Positions 37,224 to 46,116 of a stretch of DNA of 64,000 bases are shown here, in pieces. Numbering within the stretch: position 1 is the first letter of the stretch; each line of letters starts with the position of its first letter. The translations under genes were made by a program, and so were the position numbers. The DNA lies in assembly GCA_965250285.1 (NCBI GenBank), contig OZ252299.1, forward strand, positions 1,536,001 through 1,600,000. The letters are read 5' to 3'. Under the pieces are notes generated by a model that worked only from the letters and a program-made list of their open reading frames with translations, had not been told where the DNA came from and searched no databases. This DNA comes from Myxococcota bacterium (GTDB taxonomy: Bacteria; Myxococcota_A; UBA9160; UBA4427).

Positions 37224-38039
37224 TCAGAGCCCCTTCTCGAGCTGCCGCACACTGAACATGTCTTCGCTCAGGTCTTGACCGAAGCGCACGTCGTGTTGAC
37301 GGATGATCGTGCTGTGAAGAGTCTGCTTGCCCTTCTTCGTGGTCATCGTCATTTCAGTGGCGACCCAGATGCCGTCGATCTCCTCGAGCTTCTTGACCTC
37401 GAGATACTTGAGCCGGCCCCCCTTCTTGACCCAGCTCACCGCGCGGATCAGCACGTGGTTGTCCTTGCGGATGAAGCCGATCGATTTCGTGTAGCCGGTC
37501 TCGTCGACCTCTTCAGGGTCGGGGATCGACTCGACCTGCCATACGGGCACGCCGCCGACCTCGGTCTCCTTCATCAGCGTGTACTCGTACCGGTCGAGAG
37601 GACGCGAGGCCATGTCGGCGTAGGTGAAGTCGCTGCCCATGAAGCTGCCGCTCTTGTCGCCCGAGGCGATGCGCTTGGTCTTCTTGAGTGCGGGCAGGTA
37701 GAGCCACTGGTCGTCGTCGCGGCTCTCGTCGTCGTAGTCGTAGGTGAGGAAGCCGGTGTCCTTCACGTCGGCTGGCGACTCGAAGAACATGATCGACTGA
37801 TCGTCGTCGCCCTTCTTCTTGCGGAACGACCGAATCTGGCGGACCCGCTCGTTGCCCCGCTTGTCGATCAGGATCATCTCCATGCGGCTCACCGAGTCGT
37901 CGCCGTCGTCGCGCTCGTCGACCCACTCCATGATCTGGCGGCCGGTCGGCGTCTCGGCGAGTGCCAGTGGTGCGGCCAGCCCGATCGCTGCGGCCACGGC
38001 CCCTGTCGTCACTGCGCGGCAGATCCGTCGAAGAAACAT
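37224..38039 (-). CDS. Outer membrane lipoprotein-sorting (LolA-like) protein
   Basis: FFESPADVKDTGFL, DDQWLYLPALKKTKRI, SFMGSDFTYAD. Confidence 0.85.
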   Translation of the reverse strand: MFLRRICRAVTTGAVAAAIGLAAPLALAETPTGRQIMEWVDERDDGDDSVSRMEMILIDKRGNERVRQIRSFRKKKGDDDQSIMFFESPADVKDTGFLTYDYDDESRDDDQWLYLPALKKTKRIASGDKSGSFMGSDFTYADMASRPLDRYEYTLMKETEVGGVPVWQVESIPDPEEVDETGYTKSIGFIRKDNHVLIRAVSWVKKGGRLKYLEVKKLEEIDGIWVATEMTMTTKKGKQTLHSTIIRQHDVRFGQDLSEDMFSVRQLEKGL

Positions 38040-38282
38040 CGTTTTCCTCCCCCCTGCGGACGCGGTGAGTTAAACCCAGCCCGCTCGCCCGGGAAAGTGC
38101 GACGCCCGCATCCGATCGGCGCAGTCGCAGCGTGAAGTCGGCGCCGCTCGACTCCCTCGAGTTCCCCGCCGAGGGGGCCTTCGAAAGGGCCGGACGTGTC
38201 CGAACGTGATGGACCATCTCCGGGCGAGACGTCATACTCGTCGCGGGGACGTTCCGGTGGCGGCCGGACGGAGGGGGGTGGC

Positions 38283-38867
38283 ATGAAGGCGCTGATCTTC
38301 GACACCGAGACCACGGGCATGGTCAAGTGGAAGCGACCGCCCGAAGACCCGGCCCAGCCCCATCTCATTCAGCTCGCTCTGCTGCTGGTCGACACGATCG
38401 ACTGGCGGGTCATGGGCCGCTTCGCGAGCCTCGTCCAACTGCCTGAAGGCGCGTCGATCGAGCCCGAGGCGCAGGCGGCTCACGGTATTTCCGAGCAGGA
38501 GTGCAAGGAGTTCGGCATCGCGCCGATCGTCGCCTGCTCGCTCTTCAATCAGATGTGCATGCGCGCCGACGTCATTGTCGCCCACAACATGAGCTTCGAC
38601 CAGACCGTCATGTTGGCCTCACTCTATCGTGTGGGGAACAAGCCCGAGCGCATGAGCGACAAGCGCCTCATCTGCACGAAGGAAGAGAGCACCCCCGTTC
38701 TCAAGCTCCCGGGCAAGTACGGCGACTACAAGTGGCCGACGCTCGCCGAGGCCTACACGCACTACACCGGGCAGGAGCTGGTGGGTGCGCACGATGCCCT
38801 CGTCGACACCGAAGCGTGCCTCGAGGTGCTGAAGGGGCTCGTCGCCGAGGGGTCGGTCGCACTCTAG
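38283..38867 (+). CDS. DEDDh 3'-5' exonuclease (DnaQ-like)
   Basis: FDTETTG, AHNMSFD, AHDALVD; GGAGG RBS. Confidence 0.9.
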   Translation: MKALIFDTETTGMVKWKRPPEDPAQPHLIQLALLLVDTIDWRVMGRFASLVQLPEGASIEPEAQAAHGISEQECKEFGIAPIVACSLFNQMCMRADVIVAHNMSFDQTVMLASLYRVGNKPERMSDKRLICTKEESTPVLKLPGKYGDYKWPTLAEAYTHYTGQELVGAHDALVDTEACLEVLKGLVAEGSVAL

Positions 38868-40075
38868 GGGGTCGGGTCGACGTCGGGCGCGTCGTCGAAG
38901 GGCTCGGTGAAGAAGGAGGCCCGCGGGTCGTCCTCTTCGGATGCGGCGATCAGCGCCGCCACGAATGCCCGCAGATCGCCGTTCATCGCCGTGAGCCGCT
39001 CGTCGTAGCGCTCGAGGTCGGCGCCGTAGGTGCCCTGCAGCGCGAGGCAGGCGTCGTTCAACCGAATCCGCTCGGAGAGCTTCTGTGGATCGCGCCCCGC
39101 GAGCGGCAACGCGGCGAGCCGGGCACGCATGTCGGCTTCGAGCGCGCTGCGTTCGGCGGCGACGTCGGGCGCCTCGCCGCGTGCGCGTCGCGACGCGGCG
39201 TCCTCGTAGAGGGCGCGAAACTCGTCGCGAAAGCCGACCAACGTCGACGCCAGCAGCCGACGGTCGGCGATGCGCGCCGCCTCGGTTGCGACCGCCATAT
39301 CGTCGCCCGCGTAGAACTGCTTGGCGGCCTCTTGCCCCACGAACTGGGCCGCCCCTTCGTTGAAGTCGGGCTGGCTGCGCACGTAGAACGTCGCGTGGAC
39401 GAGCTCGTGCACGATCGTCTCGACCAGCGCGCCGTCGCTGCGGTCGAGCATCGGTTCGGTGATCGGATCGTCGAACCACCCGAGCGTCGAGTAGGCGTCG
39501 ATCGCGAACGTGCACGCGTCGAGCCCCTTGCCGCGCAGGCGTTCGGCCTCGGCCCCGGCCTTGTCGGGGTCGAAGTAGCCCTTGTAGGGCACCTTTCCGA
39601 CGATCGGAAACCAGAATGGATCGGCGTCGACCTGCTCGGGCGGCGTCGCGACCACCGATGTGATGATGCGATCGCCCGGCCAGGCGACGAAGCTCGTGTA
39701 CTGTTGATCGACGTCGAGGCCGAGCGCACGCGCGTGTTCGCGTGCCTCCAGGACGAGCTCGAGCTTGTGCCTCAGCTCATCCGAGGTCTCGTCGCGCGCG
39801 AGCACCTCGTCGATGGGTTCGCGTGCGCGCAGCACCTTCATCTGGCCACTCGCGACATGGCTGTAGTAGCAACCGGGTAGGATCGCGAGCCACGCGAATC
39901 CGACGAAGCAGACGGCGAGCCGCCGAAGAGAGGACGCGCCCTTGAGCGATCCGGACGAGACCGCACGCTTCGTGGTTTCGGCGACCGACGCCGTCGCGCG
40001 CGAGCAGGCGATCGGCGTGGCCTGGGACTCCGGCGCCGTGGGCGTCGAAGAGCGTTCGGATCTCGAGCTCGTCAT
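38864..40075 (-). CDS. Putative zinc aminopeptidase (DUF2265-like) lipoprotein; start uncertain
   Basis: LPGCYY lipobox-like, FPIVGKVPYKGYF, AYSTLGWFDDP, HELVH...FNEG. Confidence 0.8.
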   Translation of the reverse strand: MTSSRSERSSTPTAPESQATPIACSRATASVAETTKRAVSSGSLKGASSLRRLAVCFVGFAWLAILPGCYYSHVASGQMKVLRAREPIDEVLARDETSDELRHKLELVLEAREHARALGLDVDQQYTSFVAWPGDRIITSVVATPPEQVDADPFWFPIVGKVPYKGYFDPDKAGAEAERLRGKGLDACTFAIDAYSTLGWFDDPITEPMLDRSDGALVETIVHELVHATFYVRSQPDFNEGAAQFVGQEAAKQFYAGDDMAVATEAARIADRRLLASTLVGFRDEFRALYEDAASRRARGEAPDVAAERSALEADMRARLAALPLAGRDPQKLSERIRLNDACLALQGTYGADLERYDERLTAMNGDLRAFVAALIAASEEDDPRASFFTEPFDDAPDVDPTP

Positions 40076-40817
40076 CTACGCACCTTCATCGGTCGTGCGT
40101 TCGCTCAGGTCGAGTCTCGTCGACGACCTTGGCGCGCGCGCCAACGTAGCCGAGCCCGAGCGCGTCGAGGTCATCGACTGGACCGAGCAGTGGAAGGAAG
40201 GGCTCGAGCCGATCGAGATCTCGCCCCGCCTCGTCGTCTCGCCCACGTTCATCGAGCTCGACGACGCGCCGGGACGCGTCGTGTTGCGCGTCGATCCGGG
40301 GCAGGCCTTCGGCACCGGCGGCCATTCGTCGACGCGGCTCGTGCTCGAGTGGGTGGCCGAGCTCGAGGCGGACGGCGCGCTTCAGGGCCGGGCGCTCGAC
40401 GTCGGCACCGGCAGCGGCGTGCTCGCGCTCGCGGCGGTGGCGCTGGGCTGCGACCAGGCGGTGGGCTTCGATCTCGATCCGCTGGCTGCCCCCGAAGCCG
40501 AGAAGTGGGCCGCGCTGAACGGGCTCGCCGCGCGCACGCGCTTCTTCACGGGGCCCGTCGAGTCGATGCTCGGCGAGCCGCCGTTCGATCTCGTGCTCGC
40601 GAATCTGCTGAAGCGCGAGGTCTTGCCGATCGCCGAGGCCATCGCGCGTTGCGTGGCGCCGGGCGGGCGGCTGGTGCTGTCGGGGCTGCTCGAAGCCGAT
40701 GGACCCGAGACCCTGCAGGCGTTCGAAGCGCACGGCCTCGAAGAAGCCGGTCGGCGGCTGCGCGTCGACGACAACGGTGACCGCTGGATCTCGCCGTGCC
40801 TCGTCGCCGCGCGCTGA
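39942..40817 (+). CDS. prmA: Ribosomal protein L11 methyltransferase
   Basis: DWTEQWK, DPGQAFGTGGHSST, LDVGTGSGVLA, LVLSGLL. Confidence 0.9.
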   Translation: MSDPDETARFVVSATDAVAREQAIGVAWDSGAVGVEERSDLELVIYAPSSVVRSLRSSLVDDLGARANVAEPERVEVIDWTEQWKEGLEPIEISPRLVVSPTFIELDDAPGRVVLRVDPGQAFGTGGHSSTRLVLEWVAELEADGALQGRALDVGTGSGVLALAAVALGCDQAVGFDLDPLAAPEAEKWAALNGLAARTRFFTGPVESMLGEPPFDLVLANLLKREVLPIAEAIARCVAPGGRLVLSGLLEADGPETLQAFEAHGLEEAGRRLRVDDNGDRWISPCLVAAR

Positions 40818-40951
40818 GGCGGCGCCTGTCGATCGGTGCGTTTCGATGACAGCGCGCGAGCCGCTCTTCGTGGCGAATCGTCGCGGCGTGAGGATGGGGC
40901 TCGGGCAGCGCTGGCTCACGCCGAGCTCGCTCGCGCTCGCGCCGATGCCTT

Positions 40952-41037
40952 TCGCTCTCAGCTCGAGGCCGCTCGCTCTCAGCTCGAAGCCGCTCGCGCT
41001 CAGCTCGAGGCCGCTCGCTCTCAGCTCGAGGCCGCTC
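40952..41037. repeat. 4 x 21-bp tandem repeat (gctcgctctcagctcgaggcc) covering the stop codon of the rmd-like gene
   Basis: Units at about 40950, 40971, 40992, 41013; the stop (tca, 41021) lies in the last unit. Confidence 0.9.
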
Positions 41038-41926
41038 CTGCAACCCGCTCACGCCAGTCGTCGAGCACGTCGTCGAGCGTCGACTCGAAGGCGTGCGTGA
41101 CCTGCCACCCGGTTGCGCTTTCGAGGCGGCGTGCGTCGCCCACCAGCCAGTCGGTCGGCCGGTGGCGGTCGGGGTCGGTCTCGATCTCGGGCCGTACCCC
41201 GGCGCGCCGACACAGCGCATCGAGGACGTCGGCGATGCGCCAACCCCGGCCGCTCGCGACGTTGTACACGTCGGCCGGCACGGCGGGATCGAGCAGACGG
41301 AGATACGCGTCGACCACGTCGCGGACGTCGAGGAAGTCGCGGACCGATTCGAGGTTGCCGACGCGCATTTGCGCGGGCCGAACGCCGGCGGCGATCCCGG
41401 CCACCTGATGGGCGAAGTCGGGCACCACGAAGGTGTCGGTCTGCCCGCGACCGGTGTGGTTGAACGCGCGCACACAGACGACGTCGAGCCCGTCTCGGCG
41501 TGCGAGCTGAGCGAGCTGCTCCGCGGCGGCCTTGCTCCGCGCGTACGGGCTGCGCGGCCTCAGCGGCGTGCGCTCGTCGAAGGGCTCGGCGCCCGGTCCG
41601 CTCGGCGAGTACTGATCGGCCGAGCCGACGACCAGCAGCCGCGCGCGGGGTACGGTGTCGGCGAGCCCCTGCAGGACGGCTCGGGTGCCGAGGTAGTTCA
41701 CGCGCCACGCCGCGCCGGGATCGCGCAGCGAGCGCGCGACCGAGCTCTGGGCGGCGAGGTGGATGATGGCGTCGGGTCGCGCGGCGCCGAAGGCGTGGGC
41801 GACCGCGTCGCGCCGGGTCACGTCGACGTCCTGGTCGGCGGCGCTCACGTCGTGCCCGGCCGCCTCGAGCGCGGGGAGCAGCTGGCCCCCCACGAATCCG
41901 CCGGCCCCGGTCACGTACACGCGCAT
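41021..41926 (-). CDS. NAD-dependent epimerase/dehydratase (GDP-4-keto-6-deoxymannose reductase Rmd-like)
   Basis: VTGAGGFVG, HLAAQSSV, YARSK, RAFNHTG, VGNLESVRDFLDVRDVV. Confidence 0.85.
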   Translation of the reverse strand: MRVYVTGAGGFVGGQLLPALEAAGHDVSAADQDVDVTRRDAVAHAFGAARPDAIIHLAAQSSVARSLRDPGAAWRVNYLGTRAVLQGLADTVPRARLLVVGSADQYSPSGPGAEPFDERTPLRPRSPYARSKAAAEQLAQLARRDGLDVVCVRAFNHTGRGQTDTFVVPDFAHQVAGIAAGVRPAQMRVGNLESVRDFLDVRDVVDAYLRLLDPAVPADVYNVASGRGWRIADVLDALCRRAGVRPEIETDPDRHRPTDWLVGDARRLESATGWQVTHAFESTLDDVLDDWRERVAGAASS

Positions 41927-42009
41927 GGCGGCGCAGCGTGCCCCAGAAGCCGAACCGCTGCAATTCGGTACGATCGAGCCGGGCGCCGTGCGCGGCGCGG
42001 GGGGCGAGC

Positions 42010-43017
42010 ATGATCATCGGCATCGCGGGACGCAATGGCGCCGGCAAGGGCGAGGTCGTGGGCTATCTCGCGGATCGCAGCTTCTACGGGCTGTCGCTCT
42101 CCGACGTGATTCGCGACGAGCTCGCCAAGGAGGGCGTCGAGCCGACGCGCGAGGCGATGCTCGACAAGGGCACCGACCTGCGTGCGCAGTTCGGGCCCGG
42201 CGCGCTGGCACTGCGGCTCATCGATCGGCTGATTCCCGACCGCAACTACGCGATCGACTCGATTCGGCACCCGGCCGAAGTCGAGGCACTGCGCGAGAGC
42301 GGACACGGGTTCCACCTCGTCTGGGTCGATGCGCCCCTCGAGGTCCGCTTCGAGCGCATGCGGGCGCGCGGGCGGGCGGGGGATCCCGAAGACATCGAGG
42401 CGATGCGCGGCGTCGAAGCCCGAGAGGCCGGCGGCGATGGCGGAGCCGGTCAACAGCTCGACGCCGTACGCGAGCTCGCCGATTTCGTCGTCGAGAACGA
42501 CGGCGGCTTCGAGCAGCTGCACGAGAAGATCAAGGCCGTCTTTCGCGAGACGCTCTACTTCGATCGGCCGAGCTGGGACGAGTACTTCATGAGCATCGCG
42601 CGGGTGGTGGCCTCGCGAAGCAACTGCGTGAAGCGCAAGGTCGCGGCCGTGGTGACCCTCGACAAGCGCATCATTTCGACCGGCTACAACGGCACGCCCC
42701 GCGGCACGCGCAACTGCAACGAGGGCGGCTGCCCGCGCTGCAATGAGCTGGCACCGGGCGGCACGAACCTCGCCGAGTGCCTCTGCAGCCATGGTGAAGA
42801 GAACGCGATCGTGCAGGCGGCCTTTCATGGCGTGAGTCTGCGCGGCGGCACGATCTACACGACGTTCTCGCCGTGCCTGCAGTGCACGAAGCTCATCATC
42901 AACGCGGGCCTCGCCGAAGTCGTCTACAACAGCCACTACCCCCTTGGGGACGTTGCGCTCTCGCTGCTGGCCGAAGCCGGGGTCGAGGTGCGCCAGTACT
43001 CGCTGCCCAGCGACTGA
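42010..43017 (+). CDS. P-loop kinase-like + deoxycytidylate deaminase fusion
   Basis: GIAGRNGAGKG, DSIRHPAEV; RPSWDEYFM, STGYNG, HGEENA, PCLQC. Confidence 0.88.
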   Translation: MIIGIAGRNGAGKGEVVGYLADRSFYGLSLSDVIRDELAKEGVEPTREAMLDKGTDLRAQFGPGALALRLIDRLIPDRNYAIDSIRHPAEVEALRESGHGFHLVWVDAPLEVRFERMRARGRAGDPEDIEAMRGVEAREAGGDGGAGQQLDAVRELADFVVENDGGFEQLHEKIKAVFRETLYFDRPSWDEYFMSIARVVASRSNCVKRKVAAVVTLDKRIISTGYNGTPRGTRNCNEGGCPRCNELAPGGTNLAECLCSHGEENAIVQAAFHGVSLRGGTIYTTFSPCLQCTKLIINAGLAEVVYNSHYPLGDVALSLLAEAGVEVRQYSLPSD

Positions 43018-43205
43018 TTTCGTCCTGCCACACGCCGATTCCGTCGGGTTTTCGTCCTGCATCGGTCGCTTCGCCGCCGAGATGCACGCTCGCGCTCAAT
43101 CCTCGTCGGCTCACGCCCGATGAGCATGCGAGTCGAGCAGGCAGCCGCGCGGCCGAGAATCGCCGCGCGAGGAGGGGCCCCGTGCGACCCAGCCCGAATC
43201 AGCTC

Positions 43206-44864
43206 ATGGAGTACCGCGAGTTTCCGGTGCTCTACGTCGACGACGAGCCTGACAACCTGCGCATCTTCGAGCTGACGTTTCGGCGCGACTTCACCGTGCT
43301 CACGGCCGAGAGCGCCGAAGAGGGCCTCCGGATCCTCAATGAGAACCCGGTGGCCGTCGTGCTCTCGGATCAGAAGATGCCGGGGGTCACGGGCGTCGAG
43401 TTCCTCTCACGCGTGCGCGAGATCGACGCGAGCACGATCCGCATGCTCGTCACGGCGTACGGCGACGCCGAGACCCTGGGCGAGGCGATCAACGACGGCT
43501 CGATCTACCGCTATGTCCCCAAGCCGTGGGACCCGGCCGACATGCGCCTCACGCTGCTGCGGGCGATCGAGATGTACGCGCTCGAGCGCGAGCGCGGCGC
43601 GCTCCTCGATGAGCTGACCCAGCTGAACCGGCTCTCGCGCAGTCTGCATCGCGAGATCGACTTCGACCGTCTGGTCGAGGTGCTCATGCGGTCGATGACG
43701 CGCGAGCTCGGCTTCGACGGCGCAGCGCTGCTGCTGCTCGACGGGTCGAATGCAAAGCTCGAGTGGGCCGGGCTCTCGCCCGAGGACGGCGAGGTCTCGA
43801 AGCGCCTGCGCGCGATCTCGATCGATGTCGAGGCGGCCCCGGCGTTCTTCGAGGATCTCGTGGCGGGCCACGCCGTCTCGCTGCGCGTCGACGATCTGGC
43901 CGACCTCGAGCCACCGGTGCGCGGCTGGGTGGTCGAGGTGTCGGCTGAAGAGATCCTGGTCGCGCCTCTGATCGGCAAGACGGGCGTCGTCGGAGCCATC
44001 GCCGTCGACAATCGTGCCGGCGGCCGGCGCTTCGGCGCCGACGATCGCACGCTGCTCGATGGGCTCGGCATGCAGGCGGTGATCGCCATCGAGAACGCAC
44101 GGCTGGTGCAGGATCTGCGCGCGTCTCGCGCCCAGGTGCTGCGCGCGGATCGGCTGGGCACGCTCGGTACCCTGGCGGCGGGCCTCGCGCACGAGATCAA
44201 CAATCCGCTCGTCTCGATCCACACGTTCCTCTCGCTGGCGCCCGAGAAGCGTGGCGAGGACGACGCTTCGTTCTGGTCGGAGTACCACGATCTGGCGTGC
44301 TCCGAGCTCGAGCGCATTCGTGGCCTGGTCGCGACGATGTCGCGCCTGGCGCGCGGCGGGGCAGAGCCCGGCAGCGCCGCCCGCAGCACGCTCGCGGTCG
44401 ACGAGGTCGCGAAGGAGGTCGTCGGCCTGGTGAGCCGAGAGGTCACCGCCGGTGGCGTACACCTCGCGCTCGAGGTCGCCGGCGATGCGCCGCCGGTCGT
44501 CGGCGTTCGCGAGCACATTCACCAGGTGCTCCTCAATCTCGTCCTGAACGCGGTGCACGCTACGCCGGGCGAAGGGACGGTGACCGTCGCGGTGGGCGCC
44601 GACCCCGAGGCGCCCGATCAGCGCGCACAGATCACGGTCTCGGATACCGGGCGTGGCATCGAGCCCGAGCACCTCGAGCGCATCTTCGATCCGTTCTTCA
44701 CGACGAAGGATCCAGATCAGGGCACGGGCCTCGGGCTGATGATCTCGCACCAGATCGTGGCCGATCACGGGGGCACCATCGAAGTGCAGAGCCGCCCGGG
44801 CGAGGGCTCGACCTTCACGGTCAAGCTGCCGATCACCGGCCGCCTTCCCGAAGACACCGAGTAG
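43206..44864 (+). CDS. Hybrid sensor histidine kinase (REC-GAF-HisKA-HATPase)
   Basis: LYVDDE, SDQKMP; GAF; LAHEINNPL; NAVHA, DTGRGI, PFFTTK, GTGLGL. Confidence 0.93.
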   Translation: MEYREFPVLYVDDEPDNLRIFELTFRRDFTVLTAESAEEGLRILNENPVAVVLSDQKMPGVTGVEFLSRVREIDASTIRMLVTAYGDAETLGEAINDGSIYRYVPKPWDPADMRLTLLRAIEMYALERERGALLDELTQLNRLSRSLHREIDFDRLVEVLMRSMTRELGFDGAALLLLDGSNAKLEWAGLSPEDGEVSKRLRAISIDVEAAPAFFEDLVAGHAVSLRVDDLADLEPPVRGWVVEVSAEEILVAPLIGKTGVVGAIAVDNRAGGRRFGADDRTLLDGLGMQAVIAIENARLVQDLRASRAQVLRADRLGTLGTLAAGLAHEINNPLVSIHTFLSLAPEKRGEDDASFWSEYHDLACSELERIRGLVATMSRLARGGAEPGSAARSTLAVDEVAKEVVGLVSREVTAGGVHLALEVAGDAPPVVGVREHIHQVLLNLVLNAVHATPGEGTVTVAVGADPEAPDQRAQITVSDTGRGIEPEHLERIFDPFFTTKDPDQGTGLGLMISHQIVADHGGTIEVQSRPGEGSTFTVKLPITGRLPEDTE

Positions 44865-45102
44865 CTGCCCCAGAACCCCACAGAGCCGTCTCGGGCGCTC
44901 AGGCGCGTTCCCATACATTTTCGGTGCACGGATCCGTGACGGGGCGAACCGCCGTTGCGTGCGCGCCGTCTCTCGCGGGTACGGTCGTCTTCGGGCTTCG
45001 CCCGAGTTGACGGTCTGAGGCGGATCCAAGACACTCCGCCGACTTTCGTGGGGAGGAGCCGAGCTGTCTGCCGAGCAGCCTGACAACGAGACGCGCTGGG
45101 GG

Positions 45103-45753
45103 GTGTTGGGGGCCCGCGTGACCTTCGTGCTCCTGCTGATCGGGGTCGTCGTCGCGGCCCTGCTCGGCGCGAGCGGCGCCCGCGCGCAGTCGCCCGAAGA
45201 GGGCGATGTCGCGTCGGCGCCCGGCAAGCCCACCCTGGCGTTGCTCCCGATGGTCGTTCACAGCAACGAGGACCCCGAGTACCTGCGGCAGGGGCTCTCC
45301 GACATGCTGCGCGCGCGGTTCACCAAGGAATCGGTGGTCGAGGTGATTCCGGTCGAGGACAGCGACCGCGCGACGACCGATCTGGAGAAGGCGCTCGAGG
45401 TCGCCCGCAGCGTCGGAGCCGAGTACGTGGTGTTCGGCTCGTTCACGCGCTTCGGCCAGGGGGCGAGTCTCGACGTGCAGACGGCGGCGACCGCCGCGGG
45501 CCCCGATGGTGAGACGCTGCGAGAGATCTTCGTGCACTCGGGCAGCATCGGTGCCGTGATTCCCGACCTCGACGACCTCGTCGGCAAGGTGACTCGATTC
45601 GCCGTGGGCGACTACGTGATCACGGTCGAGGATGGCGAAGCCGCGCCCGGCGACGCGGCGCGGCCGCGCGCGGTGAGCTCGGCCGATCTGGTGCGCCGGC
45701 TCGAGACCCTCGAGGCCGAAGTGCAGGCGCTGAAGGCGGGCGGCGATCGCTGA
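45103..45753 (+). CDS. Secreted protein with TolB-N/CsgG-like domain
   Basis: Signal peptide; LALLPMVV...GLSDMLRAR...AEYVVFGSFTRFG. Confidence 0.55.
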   Translation: MLGARVTFVLLLIGVVVAALLGASGARAQSPEEGDVASAPGKPTLALLPMVVHSNEDPEYLRQGLSDMLRARFTKESVVEVIPVEDSDRATTDLEKALEVARSVGAEYVVFGSFTRFGQGASLDVQTAATAAGPDGETLREIFVHSGSIGAVIPDLDDLVGKVTRFAVGDYVITVEDGEAAPGDAARPRAVSSADLVRRLETLEAEVQALKAGGDR

Positions 45754-45873
45754 CCTCGGCGGCGCGCCGCACATCCTGCGACACCCTTTCAGCCACCGAT
45801 CGGTGCGCTAACCTGCGCGCCTTCGCGGGAGCCGTGGGCTCCCTCGTGAGCCTGCGGGCTTGCTGCGAGCCGG

Positions 45874-45950
45874 GGCGGTGTAGCTCAGTTGGTTAGAGCG
45901 GCGGCTTCATAAGCCGTAGGTCGGCAGTTCAAGTCTGCCCACCGCTACCA
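45874..45950 (+). tRNA. tRNA-Met(CAT), elongator type
   Basis: GGCGGTG/CACCGCT stem, TAGCTCAG, gcggc-ttCATaa-gccgt, GTTCAAGTC, CCA; paired 1:72 and no triple G-C anticodon stem, so not the initiator. Confidence 0.93.
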
Positions 45951-46116
45951 GGCTCGGCAGCGCGCCGGACGCGGCCGCGATCCCCGCCTCTGCTTCCTTC
46001 GCGCCTTTGCGCGACCCACATTCGACCAGCCCCTGGCCGCGCTCCGGTGCGGTCGGCATGCGGATCGGCGCCTGGTACGCTGGCTTGGGCCGGCGCCACC
46101 CTCGATCGGGGCGAGT

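Noticed and set aside
38170..38215. c-di-GMP-I riboswitch (GAAA-capped hairpin)
   Set aside because: Lacks the flanking conserved GGCAAA/GCAAA elements and the second stem.
40836..41408. Coiled-coil ORF with RSQLEAA heptads
   Set aside because: A product of the 21-bp DNA repeat, and mostly antisense to the rmd-like gene.
45874..45950. tRNA-Ile2 (TilS substrate) or initiator tRNA
   Set aside because: The GGCGGTG acceptor stem with paired 1:72 fits elongator Met better; Ile2 cannot be fully excluded without a covariance-model test.
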